DNA from: a bacterium
GTDB taxonomy: Bacteria > UBA8248
Reading direction: 5' to 3'
DNA length: 64,000 nt
Assembly: GCA_965202625.1 (NCBI GenBank)
Contig: CBDBBI010000010.1
Coordinates: 1,280,001 to 1,344,000, forward strand
Numbering within the stretch: position 1 is the first letter of the stretch; each line of letters opens with the position of its first letter. The position numbers and the translations under genes are program-made. The notes under the pieces are model-generated. The model did no database searches, was not told the origin of the DNA, and saw only the letters and a program-made list of their open reading frames with translations. Shown here one piece after another: positions 30,580-40,749 of the stretch.

Positions 30580-31058
30580 GAGTCGCCTCTTGCCTTCATC
30601 TGTTGCGCGGCGGCTGCGACCGCCTCTAGAATTTTCTTGTATCCCGTGCACCGACAAAGGTTTCCCGCGAGACTACGCCGTATGTCCTCTTGTGTAGGCG
30701 CGGGATTCTCATCCAGAAGCGCTTTCGCCGACACCACGATTCCCGGCGTGCAAAAACCGCACTGGACACCTCCCTTTTCGATGAGCTGCTCCTGAACGGG
30801 GTGGAGGTCGTCTTCCGTCCCGATGCCGCGCACAGTGGTGACATCGACACCATCCGCCTGCGCAGCGAATAAAAGACAAGCATTCACCGCCACGCCATCA
30901 AGCAAAACGGCGCACGCGCCGCAATCACCTCCCTCGCAACTGAGCTTCACCTCCACGTAACCGATGCGTCTGAGCGCGCGCAGAAGCGTCTCTTCTCCTC
31001 GCACCACGAGGGTTTCATCCTTCCCGTTCACGCGCAATTTGATCTCGTACGCTTCCAT
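30576..31058 (-). CDS. Xanthine dehydrogenase-family [2Fe-2S] small subunit
   Basis: CEGGDCGAC...NAC, QCGFCTPG, GNLCRCTGY. Confidence 0.95.
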   Translation of the reverse strand: MEAYEIKLRVNGKDETLVVRGEETLLRALRRIGYVEVKLSCEGGDCGACAVLLDGVAVNACLLFAAQADGVDVTTVRGIGTEDDLHPVQEQLIEKGGVQCGFCTPGIVVSAKALLDENPAPTQEDIRRSLAGNLCRCTGYKKILEAVAAAAQQMKARGDS

Positions 31059-31088
31059 TGCCTTATGACCCAAAGCTCCATTTTTCCA

Positions 31089-31943
31089 TCACGCAACCAC
31101 GCCGAGAGACATGCCCAGCGCTTTTCTCAACATGCGGCGAACGAGAACACCGCACATTTTCTTTCGGTAGGCTGCAGTCGCTCGCACATCATCGATCGGC
31201 TGGGCGCTATCTTCCGCGGCTGCGGCCGCAGCCTCAATCTCCGCCTCCCCAATCTCCCTGCCACGCAGACGCATCTCAGCTGCGCGCGCGCGATACGGCA
31301 CGGCCGCCACCGCCCCAAGGCCAATGCCGGCCTCCATGCAAACATCCCCTTTCATCCGAAGAGAGACGGCCACGCTCAGAAGAGCTATCGCCATCGCCCG
31401 TCTCAGTTGCAGCTTGTGGTAAGCGCAACGATCCTCGGTCCCCATCGGCTCAATGACAATGGCCGTCATGAGTTCTTCTGGCCGAGCGGCTGTTTTCCGG
31501 TAACCCATGAAGAATTCGACAAGCGGCAAGGAGCGCTTTCCTTCCGCTGAGGCCAACTCGACGACGCCATCCTGAGACAACAGGGGCGAGGCCAAATCCG
31601 CAGCGGGCGAGGCGTCCATGAGGTTGCCAGCCACGCTCGCGCGGTTTCTTACCAAAGGTCCCGCGAACTCCAGGGCACTCTCATACAAAGACGGGGCGGC
31701 GACGCGTATTCGTTCAAAACCCAGCAAATCCGAGACCGTCGTCAGCGCGCCGATTCTCATTTTCCCGTCCGCTTCCTCAATGAAGCGCAGATCATCCAGA
31801 CGGCTGATATCCACCACGCGCTTTATTTTCTTTCGCCCGAAGAGCACGTCGGGCACCAGGTTCGTACCGCCTGCCACGAAAGTGGCTCCATCTCGAGCGG
31901 CGTTTAATGCCTCACCTACCGATCCGGCACAGAAGAATTCCAT
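31089..31943 (-). CDS. Xanthine dehydrogenase-family FAD-binding subunit
   Basis: VAGGTNL, IGALTT, VRNRASVAGNL, ASPAAD, DDVRATAAYR. Confidence 0.93.
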   Translation of the reverse strand: MEFFCAGSVGEALNAARDGATFVAGGTNLVPDVLFGRKKIKRVVDISRLDDLRFIEEADGKMRIGALTTVSDLLGFERIRVAAPSLYESALEFAGPLVRNRASVAGNLMDASPAADLASPLLSQDGVVELASAEGKRSLPLVEFFMGYRKTAARPEELMTAIVIEPMGTEDRCAYHKLQLRRAMAIALLSVAVSLRMKGDVCMEAGIGLGAVAAVPYRARAAEMRLRGREIGEAEIEAAAAAAEDSAQPIDDVRATAAYRKKMCGVLVRRMLRKALGMSLGVVA

Positions 31944-32014
31944 ACCCCGTCCCTCAAAATTCCGCTCCGCTCAAACCTGAAATCCATGCGGCGTTCATTT
32001 CGGCGTTTGACGGA

Positions 32015-32812
32015 TCATGGCCTGATGTCGGACGCAATCTGCATACCGGTCGCCAGCACGTTAAAGCTGTTGTAGTGATCCACCACGCCAAGAATCTCCA
32101 GGATACGTCCCGGGTCCCAACCCATATGCACCAAATTCGCATGGAAATAACGGATAAAATACTTCGATCCGTTCGTAGCACTTACTCCCAGTCCCACGGC
32201 CGCTTTGGCTTGCCGCTCAAGAACGCCTCCATCAAGCATCAGTTTGTGTTTGTTCCACGTCGATTCGAAATAATGTCGATTGCGGGACAGACAACGCCAA
32301 TAACGCGGAACACCATCCCTGCCCAAGCGCGCTGACTCTACCTCCGCCACCTCGCCCATCATTTCCTGAACGGCCGGATCGAGGGCGGAATCTTCCGGCC
32401 AAGGCAAGAGGGGCTGTGAATCCTCATCTTCCAAAAGAAGACCAAATCCAACCTTGTTCATCCCCGATACATGATCAGTCAGACCAATCAACTCCGTGAC
32501 GCCCACCTCATCAACTCCCATCCGCATGACCGCGGCGATATGGGAGTCAATTCAGTATTCACACGCGTTGACGATGGAAACCGCGCAGGCGACCATCTCT
32601 TTCACCAAGGGGGGCGTCTCTCCACGCTGCATCGTGGCCCGCGAACGCTCCCAATTCGCCCTCATATATTCGGGGTGATGGGTCATCGCACGCCAGACGT
32701 TCGAGAGCGTATCAATGGCAAACACACGCTTCTCCCGTGCTTTGACGCGCTCGATAACGTCGCGTGCCGCCTCGGGCGTCTCCGCATCGGCGAGCTGGCG
32801 AATTGTCGGCAT
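32015..32812 (-). CDS. Two-domain AhpD/carboxymuconolactone decarboxylase-family selenoprotein (CEYU motif)
   Basis: ORFs 32552-32812 and 32015-32527 share a frame and are separated by one TGA (32552-32554): KEMVACAVSIVNACEY*IDSH matches the AhpD E-x-x-x-x-x-V-S-x-x-N-x-C-x-Y-C-x-x-x-H motif with TGA at the second Cys. Confidence 0.85.
32514..32547 (-). promoter_or_regulatory. Bacterial SECIS-like stem-loop
   Basis: mRNA UGA-AUUG-ACUCCCAU-AUCG-CCGC-GGUCAU-GCGG-AUGGGAGU: 8-bp lower stem, 4-bp upper stem, G-leading apical loop 20 nt after the UGA. Confidence 0.75.
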
Positions 32813-32829
32813 TGAATCCCCAAACTCCG

Positions 32830-32872
32830 AGGTTCAGGAGCGACGCCTTCTCCTCGCGTCGCTCCTGAACCT
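32830..32872. terminator. Perfect 17-bp-stem intergenic hairpin (terminator, attenuator or mRNA stabiliser)
   Basis: AGGTTCAGGAGCGACGC-9 nt loop-GCGTCGCTCCTGAACCT directly after the substrate-binding protein gene; no clear U-tract. Confidence 0.6.
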
Positions 32873-32882
32873 GGCCTGAAAA

Positions 32883-34091
32883 CTATCTCGGATACTTGAA
32901 TTCCGCGTTCGCCACGTTTTTTGGTCCCACCGTCCGTCGCTTTCCGTTCTGCACCTGAAACAAAACGATGGCACTCGCCGCGTTCATGCCGCGCTTGTCG
33001 AATTTCACAGGGCCAAAGAAAGTCTGGAGGCTGATATTCGCAATCGCGTCTCGAACCTTCTGCTTGTTCAACGTGCCCGCCGCCTCAATCGCCTTCTGGG
33101 CGACGATGCCCGCAGCCGTCGAGGCCGCGGCGACATAGTCCGGTTCCTGGTTGAACTTCGCGCGCCAGATTTTTCCGAAATCCCGCGCCGTGCCGATGAA
33201 GTCGCCCTTGTATTCGAGCGCCTCGCCCCACCAGGCGGCGGTCAGGATGTTGTCCGCCGTGCTGCCGAGCGATTCCGTGAACTGGGCGTAGACCGGGCCC
33301 ACCATGGTGAACAAGATTTTGGGCTTCACGCCCAATTCGTTCGCCTGCTTCGTGGCGAGAAGGGTGTCGGGAAGATAGCCCGCCACCATGAGCACATCGG
33401 GGTTTTTGCCTTTCACCACCGTGAGCCAAGTGGACATGTCCTTCGAATCTTTCGGAAACTCCGCATAATACACGTCCGAGAAACCGTGTTTTTTCGACGC
33501 CTTTCTGATCATCCTGGTGATGGCGCGCGGGAAAAAATCGTTGCGCGTCACGAACGCCATCGTCCTGGGTTTGGGGTTTTGCTGCTTGAGGAGTGCAAAA
33601 AAGTTGTTCGGTAAATACGCGTTCGGCGCCAAAAGACCAAAAAGATATTGATAATCCTGATCAAATATCGGCTCCGAACTCGCTACCGGCGCGATCAGGG
33701 GAACTTGATAACGCTCCGTGATCGCGGCGACCGACTTCGTGGCCCCGCTGCCGAAGGGGCCCAGAAGAAGGTCCACCTTCTCTCTGGTGATGAGCCGCTC
33801 GGCAAGCTTGGTGGCCGTAGGCGTTTTACTCTCATAGTCGTAATAGACGATTTTCACCTTCATCCTCTCGCCGCCCACGTTGACCCCGCCCGCCTCGTTC
33901 ACGCGCTCACGCCAGATTTCATAGCCTGCCCGCTGCTTTTTACCCTCCGTGGCAAGCGGGCCCGTCAGCGGTAAAGCAGCGCCAATCTTGACCTCCGCCG
34001 CCTGGACTCCACCCAGGCCTGAAAGCCCCATCGCGCCAAGGGCGAAAAATAAAAGAACCGCAACAAACAAAACCCTATTTCGACCTTTCAT
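32883..34091 (-). CDS. Branched-chain amino acid-type ABC transporter substrate-binding protein
   Basis: Signal peptide, VKIGAALPLTGPLA, LLLGPFGS, TFFGPVKFD. Confidence 0.92.
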   Translation of the reverse strand: MKGRNRVLFVAVLLFFALGAMGLSGLGGVQAAEVKIGAALPLTGPLATEGKKQRAGYEIWRERVNEAGGVNVGGERMKVKIVYYDYESKTPTATKLAERLITREKVDLLLGPFGSGATKSVAAITERYQVPLIAPVASSEPIFDQDYQYLFGLLAPNAYLPNNFFALLKQQNPKPRTMAFVTRNDFFPRAITRMIRKASKKHGFSDVYYAEFPKDSKDMSTWLTVVKGKNPDVLMVAGYLPDTLLATKQANELGVKPKILFTMVGPVYAQFTESLGSTADNILTAAWWGEALEYKGDFIGTARDFGKIWRAKFNQEPDYVAAASTAAGIVAQKAIEAAGTLNKQKVRDAIANISLQTFFGPVKFDKRGMNAASAIVLFQVQNGKRRTVGPKNVANAEFKYPR

Positions 34092-34193
34092 GACTCTCCT
34101 CCCTCGTTGGTTGAACGTTGCATCTTTGACGTGAATCCTCCACACGACAACATGCGCCGAACGATTCGCGAATCGATCCTACTCTCAAATGCG

Positions 34194-34934
34194 CTACATG
34201 CCTAGATACGCTTTCTTGACCTGCGGATTCGCCAGCAGCGCGTCCGAAGCACCAGAAATCGTCACGCGTCCGGTTTCAAAAACATAGGCCCGACTTGCGA
34301 GCTCAAACGCGGTAAGCACGTCCTGTTCCACAAGAATGATGGCGACGCCCTCCTCGTTTATCTGTCGAACGAAACCGCACAACTCCTCCACCAGCCGCGG
34401 AGCGAGACCGAGGGAAAGCTCATCGATCAACAGGAGTCTGGGCCTTGCCATCAGACCCCGGCCAATCGCGCACATCTGCTGCTCTCCGCCAGACATGCTC
34501 CCCGCCAGTTGTGATTTCCTCTCCGCCAACCGAGGGAAGAACCTATACACCCTCTCTACGTCCCCCTTGAGTTCCTGATCGGTCATATTCCGGGCGTATG
34601 CGCCCATCAAGAGGTTCTCCTCCACGCTCATCGCCGCGAAAAGCCTGCGTCCTTCAGGCACATGGGAGATGCCCTTGGCGACAACGTCTTCCGGTGCCAT
34701 TCCTTCAAGAGACGTGCCGTCCAGAGTTATCGTGCCCGCCCGATGAGGGAGCACGCCCGAAAGCATGCGCAGGAACGTGGACTTTCCGACGCCGTTGCTG
34801 CCCACGATGGCGACAATCTCGCCCTCCCGCACGCTCAGATCCACTCCCCACAAAACCTGAACGTCATCGTACCCACCCGCCAGGCCGCGCACATCGAGAA
34901 GGTTCGTCTCGCCCTCCGGTTCACGCATCCTCAC
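34194..34934 (-). CDS. livF: LivF-like ABC ATP-binding protein
   Basis: GSNGVGKST, HVPEGRRLF, MSGGEQQM, LLIDELSLGLAP. Confidence 0.92.
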   Translation of the reverse strand: MRMREPEGETNLLDVRGLAGGYDDVQVLWGVDLSVREGEIVAIVGSNGVGKSTFLRMLSGVLPHRAGTITLDGTSLEGMAPEDVVAKGISHVPEGRRLFAAMSVEENLLMGAYARNMTDQELKGDVERVYRFFPRLAERKSQLAGSMSGGEQQMCAIGRGLMARPRLLLIDELSLGLAPRLVEELCGFVRQINEEGVAIILVEQDVLTAFELASRAYVFETGRVTISGASDALLANPQVKKAYLGM

Positions 34935-35704
34935 GACCGGGCACCCTCGCTCAATTTTTCCATCATCGCCGCATACTTCTCGCCCAGATACGCCTTGATG
35001 ACATGCGCATCACTCGCCACCTCGCGTGGCAAACCCTCCGCTATCTTCTCTCCATGATGCAAAACGATGACGCGATCCGAGAGACCCGTAATCACTTTCA
35101 TCAAATGCTCAACCACCATAATGGTCACCCCTTGCTCCCTCACCTTGTGGATAAGGGCGATGGCACTCTCGATTTCTGTGGAGTTCAGACCGGCGTTCAC
35201 CTCATCAAGAAGCAGCACTTCCGGCTCCGTGGCGAGGGATTTGGCGAATTCCAGGCGCTTTCGCTCAGCGAGCGTCAGCTGGGAGGCAAGTTGCGCGGCT
35301 TTGTCGCCCAGACCCACGAACGCCAGCATTTCATCCGCGAAGTCTTGCGCACGCCTCACTTCCTTTCTCGACCTCCGGGAGCCGAACAACGCCCCCATCA
35401 CGACGTTGTCGCGCACGGCGAGCTCCGGAAAGGGCTGGACGATCTGAAAGGTCCGGGCGACTCCCTTTCTCGTGATGGCATGAGGCTTGAGGGTTTCGAT
35501 GCGTTCGCGGCGAAATAATATCTCGCCCTCGTTCAACGGATGAAGACCCGTGATGCAGTTGAGGAGCGTCGTCTTGCCAGCCCCGTTGGGGCCGATGACC
35601 CCCAGGATTTCGCCCTTCTTGACGGTGAAATCTACCGAGGAGACGGCGGTGAGTCCGCCGAAGCGCTTCGTGACGCGCCTGCACTCCAAAAGTATCTCGC
35701 TCAA
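34931..35704 (-). CDS. livG: LivG-like ABC ATP-binding protein
   Basis: KRFGGL, GPNGAGKTT, ARTFQ, LLLDE, VIKAYLG; probable TTG start overlapping the livM stop. Confidence 0.92.
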   Translation of the reverse strand: MSEILLECRRVTKRFGGLTAVSSVDFTVKKGEILGVIGPNGAGKTTLLNCITGLHPLNEGEILFRRERIETLKPHAITRKGVARTFQIVQPFPELAVRDNVVMGALFGSRRSRKEVRRAQDFADEMLAFVGLGDKAAQLASQLTLAERKRLEFAKSLATEPEVLLLDEVNAGLNSTEIESAIALIHKVREQGVTIMVVEHLMKVITGLSDRVIVLHHGEKIAEGLPREVASDAHVIKAYLGEKYAAMMEKLSEGARS

Positions 35705-36693
35705 ACCCTGAACCTTTGTATGTTGCTCTTGAGAATCGGCACCAAAGCTCCCCATCCACGGGTTTGCAACTCTTGCGAGAGGGGCATCAGTCCACGTGGA
35801 AGGAACAAGACCACCAGCACGATGATGAGTCCGAAGAACACGCTGTGGAATTCCGTGAACGCCCCCCAGAGGTAGTCCGCCAGGTATTCCATCATCAGCG
35901 CACCCACGAGCGGGCCCATCACCGTTCCCACGCCGCCGAGCATCGACATCACTATCGCTTTAATGGAAAACATGATGTCGAAGACGTCAATGGGCTCCAG
36001 AAACGCTGCGCGGTAGGCGTATACGCCGCCGCCCATCGCCGGAAAAATGGCGGAGAGAACAAAAGCGATGATCTTGTATTTCGTCGTATTCACCCCCGTC
36101 ATGGCGGCTGCGTCCTCGTTCTCACGAATGGCGACAAGCCCATAGCCCAGACGATGTCGAGTGACGAAATACTGCGTCAAAAAGGCGAGAACGGCGACGC
36201 CGAGCATCGAAAAATAAAAAAAGCGCGTGAAATAGTCCGGCCCCCCCGCGATCTGGGGCAGATTGATTCCATCTCCTCCGCCGGTAATGCGAAGGTTATC
36301 CGCCAGCTCCCTCAAAAACTCCGCCACGCCAAAGGTGGCGATGGCGAAGTAGTGGCCTCTCAACCGCAATATGGGGATGCCCAGAATGAGCGCAACAAAA
36401 GTGCCGAGGCAGGCGCCGGCGCCCAGGGTGACGAAAAAATTCACTCCCTCGTTCATCAGAATGGCCGTCGTGTAGGCGCCCAGACCAAAAAAGGCGGCCG
36501 GAGCGAAGGAAGGGTAACCCGTCAGGCCGCCGATAAAATTCCAGCTCGTCGCCAGTATCGCTATCATCAGGATGTCCATCCACTTGCGAATCTCATCGTT
36601 TTCCACAAAAGAAGGCAGAAGACAGAGGGCGAGCACGCCCACTCCCACGCTGAACCACCGGGTGCCGGTCCATGGCTTGAACATGCTACTCAA
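35701..36693 (-). CDS. livM: LivM-like ABC permease
   Basis: SWNFIGGLTGYPSF, LRLRGHYFAIAT, AIRENEDAA, LGGVGT. Confidence 0.92.
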   Translation of the reverse strand: MSSMFKPWTGTRWFSVGVGVLALCLLPSFVENDEIRKWMDILMIAILATSWNFIGGLTGYPSFAPAAFFGLGAYTTAILMNEGVNFFVTLGAGACLGTFVALILGIPILRLRGHYFAIATFGVAEFLRELADNLRITGGGDGINLPQIAGGPDYFTRFFYFSMLGVAVLAFLTQYFVTRHRLGYGLVAIRENEDAAAMTGVNTTKYKIIAFVLSAIFPAMGGGVYAYRAAFLEPIDVFDIMFSIKAIVMSMLGGVGTVMGPLVGALMMEYLADYLWGAFTEFHSVFFGLIIVLVVLFLPRGLMPLSQELQTRGWGALVPILKSNIQRFRV

Positions 36694-37552
36694 ACCCCTT
36701 TCTGCCCAATAGACCCGAGGGCCTGATGAAAAGCACCAGAATCAAAAGCATATAGCCAATGGCGTTTTGCAGCCCGGGGCCGAAATACAAAGCCCCAAAG
36801 TTCTCGGCAAATCCCAGAATCAGCCCTCCGGCGAGGGCACCCGTGATGTTTCCGAGGCCGCCGATGGTGCAGATGATGAAAGATTTGGAGAGGAACTCCA
36901 CGTCGCTCACCGGCGATATGGCGAAACCCACGCTCACGAGAGAACCCGAGGTAGCGGCGACGGCCGCGCCGATTCCGTATGTGATGGCGTATATTTTTCC
37001 GATGTTGACGCCCATGAGCTGTGCGGAGTCCAGGTCCATCCGCGTCGCGCGTATGGCCCGGCCCGTGCGCGTTCGGCCCATGAACCAGAAGAGGATGGCG
37101 GTGAGAAACACGCCCAGCACGAATATGGACACCCGGACGAATGGAACCACAAGACCGAGGAAGGGAATGGAGAAGCTCGAATATGAGGGCTGAACCGATC
37201 GGAAATCACCGGTGAAGAAAAATATCGCCAGCCTCACGACGACCAACTGAAGGCCAAACGTGAGAATGAGGGACATGAACATGGGGGCGCGCACGATCTT
37301 GTTGATCAATCCGCGCTGCACGGCGTAGCCGACGCAGAACATCACGATCGCCGAAAGCGGCAAGGACAAGAACGGGTCCACGCCATACAGCTTGAACATC
37401 CAGAACGTAACATAACCTCCCAGCATCAAAAACGTGCCGTGCAGAACGTTGAGGATGCTCATCACGCCCCAGACGAGCGAGAAGCCGACCGCGATGCAGG
37501 CGTATATGCCGCCCAACAAAATGCTGTTAATCACTATCTGTGCATAGAGCAT
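36686..37552 (-). CDS. livH: LivH-like ABC permease
   Basis: GGIYACIAVGFSLVWGV...N.LHG, TRTGRAIRA, IGGLGN, RPSGLLG. Confidence 0.92.
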   Translation of the reverse strand: MLYAQIVINSILLGGIYACIAVGFSLVWGVMSILNVLHGTFLMLGGYVTFWMFKLYGVDPFLSLPLSAIVMFCVGYAVQRGLINKIVRAPMFMSLILTFGLQLVVVRLAIFFFTGDFRSVQPSYSSFSIPFLGLVVPFVRVSIFVLGVFLTAILFWFMGRTRTGRAIRATRMDLDSAQLMGVNIGKIYAITYGIGAAVAATSGSLVSVGFAISPVSDVEFLSKSFIICTIGGLGNITGALAGGLILGFAENFGALYFGPGLQNAIGYMLLILVLFIRPSGLLGRKGFE

Positions 37553-37588
37553 GTCTTTTACACCAAAAATTTGATTGATAGCCTGAAG

Positions 37589-38644
37589 TCAGGTGATGAG
37601 CTCCCATTCGCGCGAATACCGGTCGAGCTGTGCCGCGCTATATGGATCCACCTCGTGGTCGCGTTCGGGGATCTCAACGTGTTTCTCCTCCCCGCACAAA
37701 GCGGTGGTGAAATAGCGCTGCCCCGTGTCGTTGATGTTCGTGACGATGTTGCGCAGTTCCGGGTGTCGATGCGCCAGTTTGACGGCGGCGGCCACGTTGC
37801 AGCCCGAGGAGATGCCGCAGAAAATCCCCTCCTCGCGCGCCAGCCGCCGCGCCATTTCGAGCGATTCATCCGTTGTCGTCGTCACAACGCCCGAAATCTG
37901 CGACAAATCAAGCGCCTTGGGCACGAAGCCATCGCCAATGCCCTCGATGCCGTGCGGGCCCCAACTCCTTTGACTCAAAAGCGGACATTCCTGGGGCTCT
38001 ACCGCGTACAATTTCACGTCCGGATTGTCCTCGCGCAGAAATTTCCCTACCCCGCTCACCCAGCCGCCGGTCCCCTGCGACGCCACGACGGCGTCAACGC
38101 GCCCCTCCAGCTGCTCGAAAATCTCCGGGCCCGTCGTTAGGTAATGCGCCTCGTTGTTGTCCAGGTTGTCGAATTGCGCGGGAACCCAGTATCGCTCGGG
38201 ATCAGCCGCGCGAATTTCATCGAGTTTCTCCAGTGCCAGATCGACGTCGCTCTCCCCGCCCGGCGTAAACACCAAATCGGCCCCATAGGCGCGCATCAGC
38301 TTTTTGCGCTCATCGCTCATGCCCTCGGGCATGACCACGACGCAGGGATAGCCCTTCACCGCGCAGACGAACGAACAGGCGACGCCTGCGTTGCCGGTGG
38401 AGCATTCGAGCACCGTCATGCCCGCCATCAGAGCACCGCGCTCCTCAGCCTTCGAGATCATATGGAAGTAGATGCGATCCTTGAGGCTCCCCGACGGCGA
38501 GTACCATTCCAGCTTCGCGTAGATGGCGGGCCGGACGTCCGACGTCACTTTGTTCAACTGCACGAGGGGCGTTCCGCCTATGGCGTCGAAAATGTTCTCC
38601 GAATACCGCCTATAAGAATTCCACGCCCTTTTTTGAATGCCCAT
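37589..38644 (-). CDS. Cysteine synthase-family PLP enzyme
   Basis: IGGTPLV, KLEWYSPSGSLKDR (PLP Lys), STGNAG, GTGG, IEGIG, GISSG. Confidence 0.9.
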   Translation of the reverse strand: MGIQKRAWNSYRRYSENIFDAIGGTPLVQLNKVTSDVRPAIYAKLEWYSPSGSLKDRIYFHMISKAEERGALMAGMTVLECSTGNAGVACSFVCAVKGYPCVVVMPEGMSDERKKLMRAYGADLVFTPGGESDVDLALEKLDEIRAADPERYWVPAQFDNLDNNEAHYLTTGPEIFEQLEGRVDAVVASQGTGGWVSGVGKFLREDNPDVKLYAVEPQECPLLSQRSWGPHGIEGIGDGFVPKALDLSQISGVVTTTTDESLEMARRLAREEGIFCGISSGCNVAAAVKLAHRHPELRNIVTNINDTGQRYFTTALCGEEKHVEIPERDHEVDPYSAAQLDRYSREWELIT

Positions 38645-38688
38645 CTCTTGCGCCCTATCTCCCTACGCTCTAAAGAGCAGAAAAAAAC

Positions 38689-39741
38689 TCATTCTATGAT
38701 CTCCCATGAGTCCCTGAACTTCTGAAGCATCATCTCCTTGTCCCCTTCAAGCAGGTTTCTTAAAGCCGCCTCCATCCCTGGTTCGTCATGACAAAGGGGG
38801 GTGGAAAAATAGCGCTGTCCAGAGTCACCGAAAATAGTGACGATGCGACCCGATTCCGGATAGAAGCGCGCGAACTTGACCGCGGCCGCCAAGTTGCAGC
38901 CCGAGGATATCCCACAAAAAAGACCCTCCTCCCGCGAGGCGCGCCTCGCCATGCGGAGCGCCTCTCCCGTTGAGACGGTGATGATCCCGTCAATAAGGGA
39001 CAAATCCAGAATGTTGGGAACCAAGCCATCGCCGATTCCCGCGATGCCGTGTCCGCAGCACACCCCCTCGCTGATCAAGGGCGATTCCGTCGGCTCCACG
39101 CCATAGACTTTGAGTTTCGGGTTTTTCTCTCTCAAAAACCGCCCCACCCCCGTGAGCCAGCCGCCCGTGCCTACGGCCGCGACGAGTGCGTCGACGCGAC
39201 CGTCCAGTTGCTCCCAAATTTCCGGCCCCGACGTGGCGTAGTGCGTGTCCACGTTGTCCATGTTTTCAAATTCTGCCGGAACCCAGTATCTATCGGGGTC
39301 GTCCGCGGCAATCTCCTTCATGCGTTTCAGCGCGACGTCCACGTCGCTCTCCCCGCCTGGCGTCGTGATGAGCGCAGCCCCAAAGGCGCGAATCATCTTT
39401 TTCCGCTCAGGGCTCATCAACTCCGGCATGACGATGACGCAGGCATATCCTTTGACAGCGGCCACCGCGGCGCAAGCGATTCCCGCATTGCCGGATGAGC
39501 ATTCCAGAATTACCTTGCCGGGCGTCAGTTCCCCCCTCGCCTCCGCCCGGGAGATCATCTGCGCGTAGATGCGATCCTTGAGGCTTCCCGTAGGGGAGTA
39601 CCATTCGATCTTGGCGAAAATCTCTGGCCCCAGCCCCCGCGCCGTTCGCCCGAGCTTCACCATAGGGGTGCAGCCTACGGCGTCGATGATGGTCTTTGAA
39701 ACCGAAGCGAAACGATTCCAGGATCGCGATCTCGCTTGCAT
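38689..39741 (-). CDS. Cysteine synthase-family PLP enzyme, tandem paralog
   Basis: KIEWYSPTGSLKDR, SSGNAG, VGTGG, IAGIG, GISSG, DSGQRY. Confidence 0.9.
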   Translation of the reverse strand: MQARSRSWNRFASVSKTIIDAVGCTPMVKLGRTARGLGPEIFAKIEWYSPTGSLKDRIYAQMISRAEARGELTPGKVILECSSGNAGIACAAVAAVKGYACVIVMPELMSPERKKMIRAFGAALITTPGGESDVDVALKRMKEIAADDPDRYWVPAEFENMDNVDTHYATSGPEIWEQLDGRVDALVAAVGTGGWLTGVGRFLREKNPKLKVYGVEPTESPLISEGVCCGHGIAGIGDGLVPNILDLSLIDGIITVSTGEALRMARRASREEGLFCGISSGCNLAAAVKFARFYPESGRIVTIFGDSGQRYFSTPLCHDEPGMEAALRNLLEGDKEMMLQKFRDSWEIIE

Positions 39742-39776
39742 GGCTCTGCTCCAGTGGAACGACGCGCGATTCCCCT

Positions 39777-40736
39777 CTATCGCACCTCCCTCAAGCGAGG
39801 GATAATTTCATTTGCCAAAATTTCAACTTGCGCCATCTCGTATTTGTAGGGAACGAAAATGAGCCGGTTCACTCCGGTGGCGACGTGGGCCTGCAACTGC
39901 TCCACGCATTCATCGACATCCCCCATAATAGCGCTATTGGCCGTGGAATCGCTCCAGGCGGCGTAATCCCACTCCGTTCGAAGCCATTCGTTCATCGGTT
40001 CCTCCACCTCAGCGCGCGACTTGCCCACCATGATGGGAAGCTGGTTCGTGCTCTCAAGCGCATCGGGGTCGCGCCCCGCCTCTTTTGCGAAGCGGCATAC
40101 CTTCTCCCAGGATCGCGTGAAGGTTTCGGGCGTATAAAAATAGGTGAGCCAGCCATCGCCCTTCACGCCGGCACGCTTGAGCACGCGATCGACGTAGCCT
40201 CCGATCAGGATGCTCGGCCTTGGCTGCTGGACAGGCTTGGGGAACATGACGGAATTTCTCAGGTTGTAGGACCCATATTCCGCCCGCACCATATCCTCCG
40301 TCCACAGCCGCGTGATGATATCGATGTTTTGATCCATGATTTTGCCACGCTTCTCAAAAGGAACGCCTACGGCGTCAAACTCCCGCTTATACCAGCCGGA
40401 CGCCATGCCAACCACGAGGCGGCCATTCGATATCTGATCGATGCTGGAGAGCTGTTTAGCGAGTACGAGCGGATTCCTGAGCGGTAGAACGAGCACGCCT
40501 GTGCCGAGTTTGATCTTGCGCGTGCGCGCAGCCACCGCGGTGAGAAGCGTCAATGACTCAAGGATGGGGAAGTGCGGCTCCACACCCAGAAGAATATGAT
40601 CCCACACCCATACGGATTCAAAACCCATCTCCTCCACGGCGACGCCATATTCGATGAGTGCCCCCGCGTCGGGAAGTGCAGGGTATGCGGTGAAATTTCG
40701 CATGGCGACGCCGCACTTGAGGTCTTTTCCTGACAT
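39777..40736 (-). CDS. LLM-class flavin/F420-dependent oxidoreductase
   Basis: GFESVWVWDH, LGTGVLVLPLRNP, SNGRL, PKPVQQP. Confidence 0.92.
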   Translation of the reverse strand: MSGKDLKCGVAMRNFTAYPALPDAGALIEYGVAVEEMGFESVWVWDHILLGVEPHFPILESLTLLTAVAARTRKIKLGTGVLVLPLRNPLVLAKQLSSIDQISNGRLVVGMASGWYKREFDAVGVPFEKRGKIMDQNIDIITRLWTEDMVRAEYGSYNLRNSVMFPKPVQQPRPSILIGGYVDRVLKRAGVKGDGWLTYFYTPETFTRSWEKVCRFAKEAGRDPDALESTNQLPIMVGKSRAEVEEPMNEWLRTEWDYAAWSDSTANSAIMGDVDECVEQLQAHVATGVNRLIFVPYKYEMAQVEILANEIIPRLREVR

Positions 40737-40749
40737 CTTGATTTCCTAT

